DNA of 64,000 bases from the NCBI RefSeq assembly GCF_006345805.1, contig NC_042998.1, forward strand, positions 73,408,001 through 73,472,000, given 5' to 3'. Below the pieces are notes generated by a model that saw nothing but the letters and a program-made list of their open reading frames with translations, did not search any database and had not been told where the DNA came from. Both the position numbers and the translations under genes were made by a program. Each line of letters opens with the position of its first letter. The first letter of the stretch is position 1. The stretch is from Octopus sinensis. Taxonomy: Eukaryota. Below are positions 28,601 through 42,030 of the stretch, one piece after another.

Positions 28601-29035
28601 GCTGACAGACAGAAATGATTGATAATGATTGATAGTATAAACATAACTAACATAAAGGACAAATAAGTAGCTACAAAAACACGTAGCTGGATCCTGTATG
28701 AAAGCTGAGTCATCACTATCTACCTATGAATTTTATGTATTTACCTACAATCTCAAGGAAATATATTCTAATTAGATTGAAATTCAATACCCACAGAATG
28801 TAGCTGAATATATTACCTTCTCGCCTATTTCAGCTGTTTAAAATTGATTGCATTATTTTCTGACTCACTTTTTAACTTCCCATTTACATATACAGACACT
28901 GACAAACGTACATGAGCGCGCACTCGTATACACATGCAGTCACACGCATGCATACACCTATTATATACATATCCGTACACACACACACACGCTCAGACAC
29001 GCTCAGACACAGACACACACACATATACATTCATG

Positions 29036-29072
<37 letters not shown>

Positions 29073-29665
29073 GTATATGAATAACATACACACGCGCACA
29101 TATCTGCACGTCTGTGTACAAAAATGGTATTACCATGTATACAGCGCTTTATTTGTGTATATAATTAATACTTCGAAACATGTAGAGGTGTAAATATGTG
29201 TGTGTGTATACATTTATTTACCTGTGTCTGTAAGTATTATAAATATTTAGGTATATGTGTATTAATACAAATAAGCAAACATAAATTTACAAGCATAAAT
29301 ACATAGGTACGTGTGTCCATAAATATTTAAATATGTAGCATCTGGTAATATACATACTGTATACAAATTGTGTAATTTTAAAATGTGCTAACAGTTTCTT
29401 ATTACACAATATGTATACTTTGAGAGTGCTGCAAGATATTATTTATGATTATATGTATACAAATATATATGAGAGTGTATGCAAATGCGCAAATATGGGA
29501 ATGTACATCTATAATCTATAAACATATAAGCATTATTTATATAATATATATATGCAAGAATATGTGTATCTATGCTTATATAATATATATATATATGTGT
29601 GTGTTTGTGTGTGCGTATGTGTGTGTGTGCGAGTGTGTGGATAGAGAGAGACAGACAGACACGGC

Positions 29666-29694
29666 TAGATAGATAGATTGATAGATAGATAGAT

Positions 29695-29728
<34 letters not shown>

Positions 29729-29737
29729 GTAGATAGG

Positions 29738-29808
<71 letters not shown>

Positions 29809-29881
29809 ATATATAGATAGATGGATAGATAGATGGATAGATAGATAGATAGAAAGATAGATAGATAGATAGGTAGGTAGG

Positions 29882-29962
<81 letters not shown>

Positions 29963-30000
29963 GGATAGATAGATAGATAGATAGAAAGATAAATAGATAC
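29666..30000 (+). repeat. (GATA)n tetranucleotide array
   Basis: About 330 bp of AGAT units with occasional GGAT, AGGT and AAAG variants. Confidence 0.97.
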
Positions 30001-30626
30001 ATAAAGAGAGAAAGATAGGTGTATGTGCATATATATATATAGATAGATATATACAGCTGTACATATATACATATATGTGGATATATCTATACACGCCACA
30101 CATTTATTATATTATATATATGGACGTATGTGACAAGGGGCACATTTTAATACACTCTTGTGCAAGAACTCCATTCGATATTCATGTGTCTTACATGTTT
30201 TAGGCTTAATTGATTTAAATTAGTGGCAAAGCGACAACCATCAGTGAGCTAGTTGTACACAAACACACTAATTGCTGACTTAGTTTTATGGATACCATTA
30301 ACTGTGTCTTTGATCTCTTGCATCCCCTCCCATCTGCTCCGCTTTATCTGTCCTCCAACATAATTACATGTTAGCTGCCATTTATTTCCATCTTGATATG
30401 TCTTTATCATTGTTATTTCGTTTTATTTTAATATTTCTTCTTCTTTTTTTTACTTTTACACAAACAAATATATTCACATGCAGAAAAGTCGACATATGCA
30501 TACATGTACACTCGCCCACTTACAGGCATGCTCTCATATGCATACATTTATATGTTCGTGCTTGTGCGTATGTGTTTATGCATATGTACACAGTTATAAA
30601 CATACTTTCTAACATGCACATATACG

Positions 30627-30671
<45 letters not shown>

Positions 30672-31932
30672 ATGTACGTTTGTATGTAAGTATGTGTATA
30701 TATGCAGTTACACATATACATACATTCAAGTGTATTACAGAGCACTTTTTCTGTGAAAATTTTTTCGCGATCTAAATAAGTTGAAATATATGTCGTAATG
30801 CATATATGAATCAATTAGCTATGTATACATACATATGAATATATATATATGACAATATATACATGTATATATAAATGTATGTATATTAATCTAATTCTTG
30901 TTATTATCTACTGACTAATATCTTCTGTCATGTGATACATTCCTCGGCACAACATCAAAGAGAACTCTGAGTGTTACTGTTTACACACTAAGGCAGTGAG
31001 CTAGCAGCATCGTTGATCATATGCGTTCCTGCCATTTTACACTCAGTTCAAATCATTTCGATTCCAAACCTATCTTTCGTTGTTCCCCAAGATTCAAGCA
31101 TTGAACTGGAATAATTGCTCGAGGGAGGGAAATGCTCAACTAACTACCCTAAAGTATACATATATGTCTTCCTGTGTGATTTCCTAGTTCAGATTTACTA
31201 AGAGAACAAAGAATTTCAAGAAGCGACTTACTATTTAAGATGATCTAAGGGCACACATTGCTGAATAGAGATTTACAGTGATGTCGACGAAGGTGACAAT
31301 GACTACAATTAGGATGATAATTATGAAAAGGCAAGATCGTTGTTGTCACTTTGCTTTGTTCTAGTTATTCCAAGTCTCACCCAGGTGCTCAAGAAACAGC
31401 AAGTTATACATTCAACTGTGAGTAATATTTCTGAGTAGTAATGATGTATTTTAGAGGAAGGAGAACAAATATTAACAAATAAGATTTCGTTAAAATGTTC
31501 TTGCAACATTTACGTCATTGAAATATGTTATAAGCTGTCTTTCATAATATATGAGAAAAAATTTTGTAGTTCTGACACTGAGATTTCGTGGTAATTGATC
31601 ATAGTATAAATACTAAAGAGCACCATTTGATATTATCCACCAAAGCTCTGATGATCAAGTGCATGATTATTGTTTTTAGATGCAATACTTTTGAGATACT
31701 TACTTCAAGTTACTTATATTTACCTAACTCTTCACACGTTTATGCAAAGATGTTGCCGTTAGCTGGGAATGATATATGAATGAGCAAACCTGTTTTGTCA
31801 ATGTTATTTTTCACCACAATAACTAGTCTAATAAAATGACCAGTATGAATTCTGAAGTGCAAAAGAACAACGTTGTCTTCATTTTCTAATACTCTGATAA
31901 GATTATTATTAATTGTATAGCGTTAATCTTAG

Positions 31933-32013
<81 letters not shown>

Positions 32014-32034
32014 TTGTGTGTATGTATGTATGTA

Positions 32035-32760
32035 CAGGGTGGGATGAATAAACTGTCGTCTAAATTACACAAAAATGACAATAACACTGACATCTCATTT
32101 TAACAGATATATTTACCAAAATTACATACGAATATCTTGAAATACTAAAGAGTAAATTTATTCAATAAAATAGCCTTTAGCTTCAGCCATAGCCTCCAGA
32201 CGACTTCGGAATCTCCTGCAAATCTTCTGAACGGTCTCCTTGATTACGTCGTGAATGCTGCCATATTCTTTGCCTTCAATTCATCTTTGGTATTACTAGG
32301 AATTTTGTGGGGCTCTCAACTGCGCCCCACATATAATAATCAAGTTGGTTGAAGTCTGGGGAGTTAGGTGGGCTGAAGTTAAGGGTGATGTGACCGCAGA
32401 AATTGTCTGACAGCCATGACTTTGTTCTCCTGCTTGTGTAGCATGATGTAAAGTTCTTTTGCAAGACATAAGGTCTTCCAGCAGCCACTATCTTAACCCA
32501 AGGCAGCACTACTTCCTCCTGGCACTTGATGTTGTCCTTCGTGTCGAAACTGAAGCCGTATGGGAAGATGTATGGAGGCATAACATCGCCATCACCAGTG
32601 ATCACTCCAAACACCATTATGTTGACTGGATGTTTGATTTTTATCACTCTCGGTACTTGTCCTCACATTGCATTGTTCTGAGATTGACACCCAAACACTC
32701 TGAAATGTTCGCATTGGAGCTTCCGGCGCGAATGCAAAGTGCTACTGCATGTGGTTTTCA
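32035..32760 (-). mobile_element. Tc1/mariner superfamily maT-type (DD37D) transposon fragment
   Basis: ORF 32276-32647 (KHPVNIMVFGVITGDGDVMPP...GRPYVLQKN...SPPNSPDFNQLDYYMWG) has 37 residues between the decayed second and the third catalytic positions. One TIR-like end is TA-cagggtgggatgaataaa at 32033. Confidence 0.85.
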
Positions 32761-32929
32761 AATTTCTGGCAGAGTGAATTACCTCAAGGTGGTGTTTTCC
32801 TCACAAACGGTTCCTAACAGACAGTACAAATACTGTGTAGTTGGCAAAATAAATAAATAATACGCATGCGCTAAATTAAAGATATAAAATAGCAACAATT
32901 TACCCAATAATTCCAGGATTTTGTATTGT

Positions 32930-34255
32930 CTGAGAGTCTTTTGTGTCGTATGCATAGCTAGCATTGTTGGCTATCTGAGCAGCTGAGGTCAGGTCTGAGA
33001 GGGCCTCAAGGAATAGCAATAGCCCTAATATAGTGCCCTGTGGAACACCACTTACTATTTGTTTCCTTTGAGGAGCCCCACCCCACTCTCCAAGTTTTTC
33101 GATTATGCCAAGATCACGCAGTTTGTGTCATATCGTACCATGGTTGACTTAATCAAAAGGCTTTTTCAAAGCGGAGATATATCACATTCGCATTAGCAGC
33201 TGTTTTAACATCCAGTCGTAGTGTTACAAGAGCTGTATTAGGCAGTTTCTACCTGGACGAAATCCATGCTGGATCTCAGTCAACATGTCATTTCCTTCAA
33301 GAAACGCGATTAGTATTCGTACCTTGACTTTGCTGCGATGTGATGTTAGAGAGATAGACGTATAATTTTAAGCATCTTTCCTGCTTCCTCTCTTATGGAT
33401 AGGACATATTATCCCTTACTTCAGTTCGTCTGGAAGTTTACCACTTGAAAGAAAGCTCTGTAAAAGAAGCTGCAGTGGCTTTTCAAGGGTTCGTTTGGAC
33501 GATTTGAGATGGACCGCTGGGAATCCATCAAGGCCAGCGGCTGAGTTTGCGTCAACCTCATCTATGCCCGTATTACATATTCTTTAATGTTGATGTAATC
33601 AATTTTCGCCTCTTTGGTTATAGGAAAAGTGGGAAGGAATTCAGCTGGGTTGTTCATTTACCTAGAGTTGTATCGAACACACTTTGGAACTGTTCGTTAA
33701 GTATTTCATCTATCCTCATTGGGTTTCTTGTGAGGGAGCCATCTTTTTGAAAGAGAGGTCCTATCTTGTGGTGCACCTTTCGTGAGGGTATTTTAGACTT
33801 TTCTCAATCTCCAGGCGAGACTTCGCGCCACTTTTGGGGTGCTTGTGCAGATGGTTCGCAATCTTTGTCTGACTTCTGATAAGAATCTTCCTTTCTCTAG
33901 GGATCCTGCATTTAAACACGTTGGCCCTGCACTCTGCGACAGATTTCACATAATATGGCTTGCATTATGGGCATGAAATGTTTATGTTCCCTGTCAACGT
34001 CAGGTGTGGAGAGACATTTAGGCCAATAGTGCTTGACGATCTCTTTCATGGAGCGGAATTTGCTTCATGAAGGAAAAACCTTGGTAAGTTGGGGCAGGGA
34101 CTCCGCCCCTGCTTGCTGGTGGTGTGTCATTCTTGAGAACATCTGGCCCCCCAGGCCATCCCACATTGGAGAAGTTAATATTACCCAAAAGGAATACACT
34201 GTTGTGGTATTCCAGTTTGGCGAGAACTATCTTTGCTAGGCAGTCTTCAAACTTA
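32930..34255 (-). mobile_element. Decayed CR1/L2-group LINE (APE endonuclease plus RT fragments, internally deleted)
   Basis: Minus-strand motifs LLGNINFSNVGW (APE GDFN..W), QHGFRPGRNCLIQLL, YLRFEKAF..VNHG and SGVPQGTILG. Confidence 0.85.
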
Positions 34256-34268
34256 CCTCTCTATATAT

Positions 34269-34320
<52 letters not shown>

Positions 34321-35604
34321 ATATACATATATATATATACTCAGTGTTTCAGGATGGTAATTGAAACAGACAAGTGATGTCATGATGTGGAATAACAGCA
34401 TCAGTAATGCAAGGTTTCGAGTAGTTTCATTGGAATAGATATTAACGAAGTTTCTCCTAATCAAGACGTATTTCACTTTAACTAACACTGTTAATCACTC
34501 TGTACAGCTAACTTTTGATTTACTAGTTAGAAACTAGATAATTCGGTGAGTTTGTCTTATTATTCCATTCGTTACTCTCGTAAGTAGTTAAATCGTAATT
34601 GCCAGTTTATTATTTGTTGAGTTATGTGATTAATTGGATGTCTGCTTAGTTGCTAAGGTAGTTACTTTGTTTACTTATAGGTTGTTTTCTCAATTTGTAT
34701 ACTAAAGTATGTGTTTCCAGCAGTACACTAATGTATGTGTTTCCAGCAGTACTCTAATGTATGTGTTGCACTTATTTTGGGAAATGAAATTACTTGTGAA
34801 GAAGCCATTTTCATTTGCTTGTTTGTTTTTTTCTTTTCCCCTCTACAGTCAACTGTCATACATACGCTTGTTTTAGCTTCCTCATTTTTTAAAGAGAAGC
34901 TGCTTTGCTTCGTTATTCTTCTACGTAACTATTAACCCTTTGAGTTCTAAGAAAGACCTGGTCGATTTATATTGTCCTGCATATAGTTATCACCTATAAG
35001 TCACATATAGTGTAAAAGTTTTAAAACTACAGCCTTCTAAGAATCCTAGCCTTTCTCCATGAATCAGCCATAGGTAGATTGGTAGGTGTCCTGTCACACC
35101 AGTGCAAACAGGTATTGCACTTGTTGAGTTAAACATCAATGTTCCTCAGACCACATTGACATCCTGTCACCAGATCACTTCCGTACAGCTACATGATTTT
35201 AGAATATAGGCCTACACAAGGATATCAGATCTCTTCCATTTTCCTTTGTCGTACCACAAATATTATATCTTCATCAGTCTCGTTATATACATATAGCTTT
35301 CTTTTTAATCCTTTCCTACAGGTTTTGTCCTTAGAAACTGCCCACCATTGCAATGCTAGAATCTAAAGAACATTCTCTTACACCTGGCAGTAATGTAGGC
35401 AATGTTTCGCCTTTGGTTACATATATGCTTGTATATATGATTGTGTGTGTGTGTATGTATATGCACATATACATATGTACATACAAGTATACATATACGT
35501 ATATATATATATATATATATAAGGGTGAAAAGGGAACACACAAGTTGATATATATAAAAAAACAAGTCAAGATAGAAAATGCTAAAATAATTTTATAAAG
35601 AACA

Positions 35605-35648
35605 TTTCAGTACCGGTTTCGGTCATTTTGAGACCTTTTCAGCTGTAA
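35605..35648 (-). ncRNA. Minimal type I hammerhead motif in the Penelope 3' pLTR (G8A core change)
   Basis: TTACAG-CTGAAAA-GGTC-TCAAAAT-GACC-GAAAC-CGG-TA-CTGAAA, with palindromic stem III ACCGGT and a GUA triplet. Confidence 0.75.
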
Positions 35649-36002
35649 CGATTAAATAATCAAATTTAGAAAAATTAAAAGAAAAGATTTTTTAAAGGAA
35701 TATTTGTATAGTGTTCAAATATAAGTGGCATTTTCCTTGTTTCTGCTTTTCTCTGTATCTCTTGTTTGCACTTGTGTGTTCGAGGTCGTAGTGAATTCTT
35801 GGTAGGGTAGAAGAAGAAGAAGGATGATGAGGAGAAGGGGTGGAAAAATTTGGGAGTGCCTTGTTTGTCGTATTTTTAATGGTCAGTGGCGGCTGACAGT
35901 TGCAGTTCAATTCAGGAGAATATTTCTATTGAAAGGTTTGTTTATAGAATTTGCGTAGGTGTTATACTAAAAAGGATTAGTGATAAAGTTAAGAAGTAGA
36001 AG

Positions 36003-36193
36003 GTGGAGCAGAAGAAGAAGAAGAAGAAGAAGAAGAAGAAGAAGATGATGATGATGATGATGACGATGTTGATGATGATGAAGAAGAAGAAGAAGAAGGA
36101 GGAGGAGGAGGAGAAGAAGAAGGAGGAGGAGGAGGAGAAGAAGAAGGAGGAGGAGAAGAAGGAGGAGGAGGAGGAGGAGGAGAAGAAGAAGAA

Positions 36194-36236
<43 letters not shown>

Positions 36237-36310
36237 GTGATGATGATGGCGACGATGATGATGATAATGATGATGATGATGAAGAAGAGGAAGAAGAAGA
36301 AAAAAGAGAA
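36003..36310 (+). repeat. Compound (AAG)n/(ATG)n/(AGG)n array inside the Penelope 3' UTR
   Basis: Read directly from the sequence. Confidence 0.95.
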
Positions 36311-36441
36311 GGGAGAATATGAATGAGTGGAAGTAGTGAGGTGTTGTATGACTTGAAGTTGGCACGTTATGGATTATAGCTGTGATTGGGGCTGATTTGT
36401 AATGGATTCTTTGGAATGTAATATTTGCGTGTATATTTGTG

Positions 36442-36990
36442 TTATTCTAAAGCTGAGGTGTATAAATCGTTTGTCGTAGACCCGTTAAGAAGTGGCCTGT
36501 ATTTTATAATAAAGAGAGTTTCTTTACTTGTTCGTTGTCTCGAGGTTGTATCGTCCCTGAATTGGTAGAGGCGGAAAATCCTGAAGCCTGGTGTTTTGTT
36601 GTTGGCGCAAGTATCTATGTGTTGGCTGAAAGCTATTTTTCTGTTTTGGGAAATTTTTATCTGGGATCTATGCAGGGCCATTCTTTTACGCAAACTATTT
36701 TTTGTTTGGCCTATGTACTGCTCTTGACACCCAGAGCAGGTTAGTGTGTATATCAGGTTCTCCGAAGCACATGTGAAGTTGCTTTTCACTGTAAACCGTT
36801 GTCCCTGTTTGAAGGAGAACTCTGATCCCTCAATTAGATAATCGCATATCCCGCAATTGGGTCTTTCACATTTTTTTACTGTCGGCTTATGTGTTGAAGA
36901 GTGTATTCGGGCTTGTGTTAGGAGACTGTTCATAGATTTAGGCTGTCTCTTGCTTTTTATGATCGTGTGTGTTTGGAGGATTGTGTTCAT
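36442..36990 (-). pseudogene. Penelope GIY-YIG endonuclease domain (frameshifted from RT)
   Basis: C..C..C zinc motif, NLIY...YIGQT and C-terminal KE..FI..Y.P.LN. Confidence 0.9.
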
Positions 36991-37850
36991 TCTGTGGTCT
37001 TTTTTAGGAGGGGTATGTTTTGGAGGATGGTGCCGAAGGCTTCATTGTTGAGAGGGTTGTGTGTGGAGATGTATGGTAAGGCTTTTGGTCGTAAATTTTT
37101 CTTTGATTTGGGATGTCTCAGTTCCTGGATGTTAAGTTGATTGCATATGTCAATAAGTGAAGGTGGGTAGTTCCTGGTGATGAGGGTATCTTTTAGTTCT
37201 TGTAGTCGTGTGTCTCTGGTGTTTGCATTAGAAATTAGAGTACATATCCTTTTTGCTAGATTGAAGGGGATATTCATTTTGGTGTGTCTGGGGTGGCATG
37301 AATTGAATGGAAGATATTGCTTAGAATCTGCAGGCTTATAATATATGTCTGTTTCTATTACATTATTAGCTTTCTTAATGAGGATATCGAGGAAGGAGAG
37401 TTGTTGCTGGCTATATTCCATCGTGAATTGGATGTTTACGTCCAATCCATTTAAAATTGCTTGGAATTCTTTGAGTTTCTCTATATTTTCATGCCAAAGA
37501 ATGAAACAGTCATCTGGATATCTCTTCCAGTTGTTTTCTATGTAGATGGAGAAAGGGCTGCCATATCTTTCTAGAACCTTACGATACAGACTGATTTCTA
37601 GATATCCTATGACTAGGTTGGCAAAGGAGGGGCCCATTGGTGTACCCATCGCAGTCCCCGATTTTTTGCCGGTAGAAGTTGTCTTTGAAGGCAAAGAAGT
37701 TATTTTCCAGGATGAATTTAACCCCTTCTATTACGAATTCTTTTTTGATGCAATGTGGGAGTTCGTTGGCGTGATTCTGTCTTTAATTCTTTCTGTTTTC
37801 CTCGCATACTGTTTTTCTCTATTAACTTGGTCCGATACGGTGGATTAATT
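36987..37850 (-). pseudogene. Penelope reverse transcriptase, C-terminal part (frameshifts, catalytic YIDD changed to YPDD)
   Basis: ILENNFFAFKDNFYRQ, then GTAMG, RYPDD and FLDILI motifs. Confidence 0.92.
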
Positions 37851-38050
37851 TAAGACGTTAGCTCTTATTTCTAGCAGGTAGATGCTTGTTAAGCATCATT
37901 ACGCTTCGTGCAAATTTATAATTAATAGCTATATAATGCTATTGCTTCTGCGATCCACCTATGTCACTGCTGGTGATATCATCAATTTTAAAATTCATCC
38001 ACAGATGATATGAACAGTAGTGACATCTCATTTCAAATCTCAGTGTTTGA

Positions 38051-38451
38051 ATGTGGCTGTGTGGTAAGTAGCTTGCTTACGAACCACATGGTTCCGAGTT
38101 CAGTTCCACTGCGTGGCACCTTAGGCAAGTGTCTTCTACTATAGCCTCGGGCCGATCAAAGCCTCGTGGGTGGATTTGGTAGACGGAAACTGAAAGAAGT
38201 CCGTCGTAAATATGTATATATATATGTATGTGTGTGCATAAGTTGGTGTGTCTGTGTTTGTCCCCCCAACATCGCTTGACAACCGATGCTGGTGTGTTTA
38301 CGTCCCCGTAACCCAGCGGTTCGGTAAAAGAGACCGATATAATAAGTACTAGGTTTACAAAGAATAAGTCCCGGGGTCGGTTTGCTCGACTAAAGGCGGT
38401 GCTCCGGCATGGTCACAGTCAGATGATTGAAACAATTAAAAGTGTAAAAGA
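38051..38451 (+). mobile_element. SINE family A, near full length, followed by a (TATG)n tail
   Basis: gtggctgtgtggtaagtagcttgc...accttaggcaagtg...gaaacaattaaaag; (TATG)n at 38452-38586. Confidence 0.92.
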
Positions 38452-40369
38452 GTATGTATGTATGTATGTATGTATGTATGTCTGTATGTATGTATGTATA
38501 TATGTATGTATGTGTGTATATATGCATGTATGTATGTATGTATGTATGTATGTATGTATGTATGTATGTATGTATGTATGTATGTATTGCAATATTTTAC
38601 ATCTCTTCACGATTCCGAAATAAACGTGTCTTCTCCTGTCTTATAATGCCCATATTCTCAAGTCTGATGCTGAGGAATTTAGATAAGTACCCCAATGCCC
38701 CAATAATCATTGTTATGACTTTTGATTTATAGTGCAGGCGGAGTATATACAGAGTTCTCATTAGTATGACACAGATGTTTTCTTTGCGCTCATCTTTAGC
38801 GCAATGTTAACATCTGTTTGGTGTTACAGCGTACGCTTTCCTTTTCCTGTCTCAGATCATTATCTCAGTTCTTTTAAGTCTTGATAGAATCATATCACCA
38901 GTGTTCTGCATAATTATATATGAGTGAGCTACCAGTTAGAGAGTACGGTTCATAAGATCGCACCTTTGATTCCTGTAACATGTGGTTTTGAACAAATTAG
39001 ATATTTCATATTGTTCTTGTCTACTCAGCAGAAATGTGTACTTCCCGTGCTATCCTTTCGCCTTCCATTTGTTACATTCTGATGTTTTACTGCCTCAAAG
39101 AAGGAAGCATTACAAGGGTTATTATAACAGTTCTGGATCAGATAGGAACCTATTGGAAATAACAAAAGCATATTACAAGCTACTAAGTCATCTTCGATTC
39201 TAAGTGATGGCCATGACATTCTTTTTACATCACAGTAGTTTCATATGATTTTATCCTTTCTACTAAATCTATTGTTCATACAATTATATTGTATCGCATA
39301 TGTAATAGTATTACTATGAAACTTTTGGAGGTAGTTGAGACGCCGGGGTTCATTCACAGTCTGTATCAGTTGACATATCTCGATTACTTACCTGTATCAT
39401 TATTTGTTTGTGCATCACATAATTTTGATTACTACCTGTTTGTGGATTATAAAATCATAGTCTTCAATGTGAGAGATAATATACCATGTTTTGGAGATCT
39501 GTCACTGATACGCTGAAGCAACGGAGTCTAGCATGTCCAACTGAGAAAGCTTTTTCATCCGAATTTCTAGTGCGAACGAATTGTGAATTACCTGAGGTGT
39601 GTGGTGAGCTCGGAGTGTTTGTATGACAAAGACAATGTACGTCTTCTCGTATAAACAGACTTGATCCATGATTGCACTTTTACTTTGGTGGTTAGTAGAT
39701 GCTTTGGAAGAAAACAGATATGACATTTGATCGTGTAAAAACCGTGTTTTTGTTTTACTTAGAGGCAGTCTACACAACTGTTGATGTGGAAATTTCTGGT
39801 CGTTGTTAATAGTTATCGACTGTTCACATTACCAGCCTGGATATCATCCGACATCTAATAAAGTAGCCAAAATGATAATGTGAATATAGTTAGGGAAAAA
39901 TATTGTGAACTATTGAATTATTGTATGTGGAACATTCTGGCATCAATATTTTTTTATCCTGGTTATACAATCTAATTAAGCGTTCTTTGTTATAAATGCT
40001 TTCATATGATATTTTTTTCATTCATTCCTAGTTATCTATAACATTCGCCATCGGACATTGAGATAATTGTCATACCGTTGAGAAAGATATTAAAGTGTAT
40101 TTCTATTTCTTCTTACGATTAGTTTGGGGCATTTAATAGGGTTAAACTTCATATATGCGTTTATTTTGAGTTTTTCCAGTGAAACTTCTGCTTGTTTTGA
40201 TCGAAGAAACAAAATGCTATTTCTGAAATGTAAAACCAAATTAAGTCATTTTTGTGCGAAAAACATTCAGTTATGTCTGATATATATGAGATAATGTATA
40301 TTTTGGCTTTCACAAATTTACACACGCACACACATGCACGTACTCACCAGCACCCGCACCGAAAAAACA

Positions 40370-40420
40370 TACATACACACTCATATACATATATACCCAA
40401 ATACATATGTATATACATAT

Positions 40421-40503
<83 letters not shown>

Positions 40504-40620
40504 CATACATACATACATACATACATACATACATACACACGCATGCATAAATACACACACATACATATATATATACATACATATATATATATGCACACAC
40601 ACACACACACACCACACATG
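40370..40620. repeat. Compound (TA)n/(CATA)n/(CA)n microsatellite
   Basis: Read directly from the sequence. Confidence 0.95.
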
Positions 40621-41834
40621 AGACTTGAATATTTGAATGTCTTTTTCTAATTATCATCAGAAAATAATTAATGAAATTAATATTACATTAATCAAAATAT
40701 TTTTATGAATTTATGTTTAGTGCTTGGTTTTCGTAGTCATGATGTATTTGAATATTAACTTTCAGTTACCTAATATTTAACTATTTAATTAACTTGTTGT
40801 TCTAATTTTATTGCAATGACTAAATCATCGCAAAAATTTAAGTCATCACTTTTAATGTCCATATTACATTTCCTGTCATTGCTTTATAGCTGTGTCTGCT
40901 GTTATCAAGACGTTTCTATAATTACTGTTAATGCACACGAATTGACACGTACTTCAATTTCTAAAGGTTTTATTTAAAAACTCTTCACGTCAGAAATTTA
41001 TAAATAAGTTTTTTTTTTCGTTTCTGTCTTTATAATAGTGAGGATTTACGTGATAGCCTTTAGAACGAGTATATTCACGTATACTCAATGTAAGGCGCTC
41101 ACTTATATTATTCTGTCTAATGTTTGAATGTTCCCATGTTTGTGTATGATGAGTTAGTATATGCACTTATGTGTTTTTATCGCAAGTATTTCTATAAATA
41201 AGCATCAGCAAAATACATTACCCTTTCGTTTGAGAAAAAGATCCATGTCATTCATTTTAATATTTAGAATAGATGTGTAGCCTAGTGGTTAGGGTGTCAG
41301 ACTAACAATAATTATGTTGTAACTTCGATTCCTGGAGCGGCTGGCGCATTTTGTCCAACATTGCCTTAGTCAGCTGAGTGGGAAATTTGTACCAGCCTAA
41401 TGGTGATGCAGCCATTTCTCCATTCGGCTTCCGCATCTTCGATGTTCCGCGGGGTAAAGATGGGGGAGAAGCTGCTCGTGACTAGGAATTACATAAGCAT
41501 GTAAAGGATTAGCGAAAGTGTGGTACATTCTATCAAATCATGCACATTACTTGGCAGACCGTTTAACATTTGGATACTTTCAACTGTTAAATGTCTGATT
41601 TTTGGTTATTTATGTTTTTACTTATTTGTCTTTTTTTTATAGATTTTTAATGCTTTAATTCCGTGAACCCGTTACTCCGTACGTTTACACTTACGCACCA
41701 ATTCTATTTCTATTCGTTATGGCACCCATTGTCATAAACATTACATATGTTTTCACATCGATTACTATATATTATTATAATTTTTTTTTGTTGTGCATAT
41801 ACTTAGTGTCTCCCATTATGCCAACATACCCATC

Positions 41835-42030
41835 CTGCCACCGCTTAATAACCAGTGTTGGTGTCTTTACATAACTTGGCGGCTCGGCAAAAGAGACCGA
41901 TAGAATAAGTACCAGGTATGAAAAGAAGCAATAAGTACTGGGGTCGATTCGTTCTACTAAAAGTCTTCAAATCAGAGCACCAGCATGGCTACGATCAGAT
42001 CCTTCAAACAAGTAAAAGGTAAACGAAGTA
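41835..42030 (+). mobile_element. SINE family A, 3' module only
   Basis: ccaccgcttaataacc...gcaaaagagaccgatagaataagtacc...cagcatggc matches the 3' half of family A. Confidence 0.75.

Larger units (their letters stand above)
35521..37850 (-). mobile_element. Penelope-like retroelement, 5'-truncated (RT, GIY-YIG, 3' UTR/pLTR with hammerhead)
   Basis: RT motifs GTAMGTPMGPSFANL, WKRYPDDCF and YYKPADSKQYLPFNSCHP; GIY-YIG NLIYTLTCSGCQEQYIGQTKNSLRKRMALHR; hammerhead at 35605-35648; 3' end abuts (TA)n. Confidence 0.95.

Noticed and set aside
29168-29190. cttcGAAACATGTAGAGG, resembling the 3' half of a hammerhead
   Set aside because: No upstream CUGANGA or stem II partner.
29666-30000. Long GATA array as a possible sex-linked or regulatory satellite
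   Set aside because: Nothing in the sequence distinguishes it from the other abundant microsatellites.
34708-34768. 26-bp tandem duplication (also a 28-bp duplication near 51895-51950)
   Set aside because: Ordinary two-copy slippage events with no further structure.
34932-34945. TTAACCCTTT piggyBac-like terminus
   Set aside because: No matching AAAGGGTTAA end or transposase found nearby.
38051-38130. tRNA-like sequences (also about 41270-41340 and the family B heads)
   Set aside because: They are SINE heads continuing into SINE bodies; no complete cloverleaf or terminator is evident.
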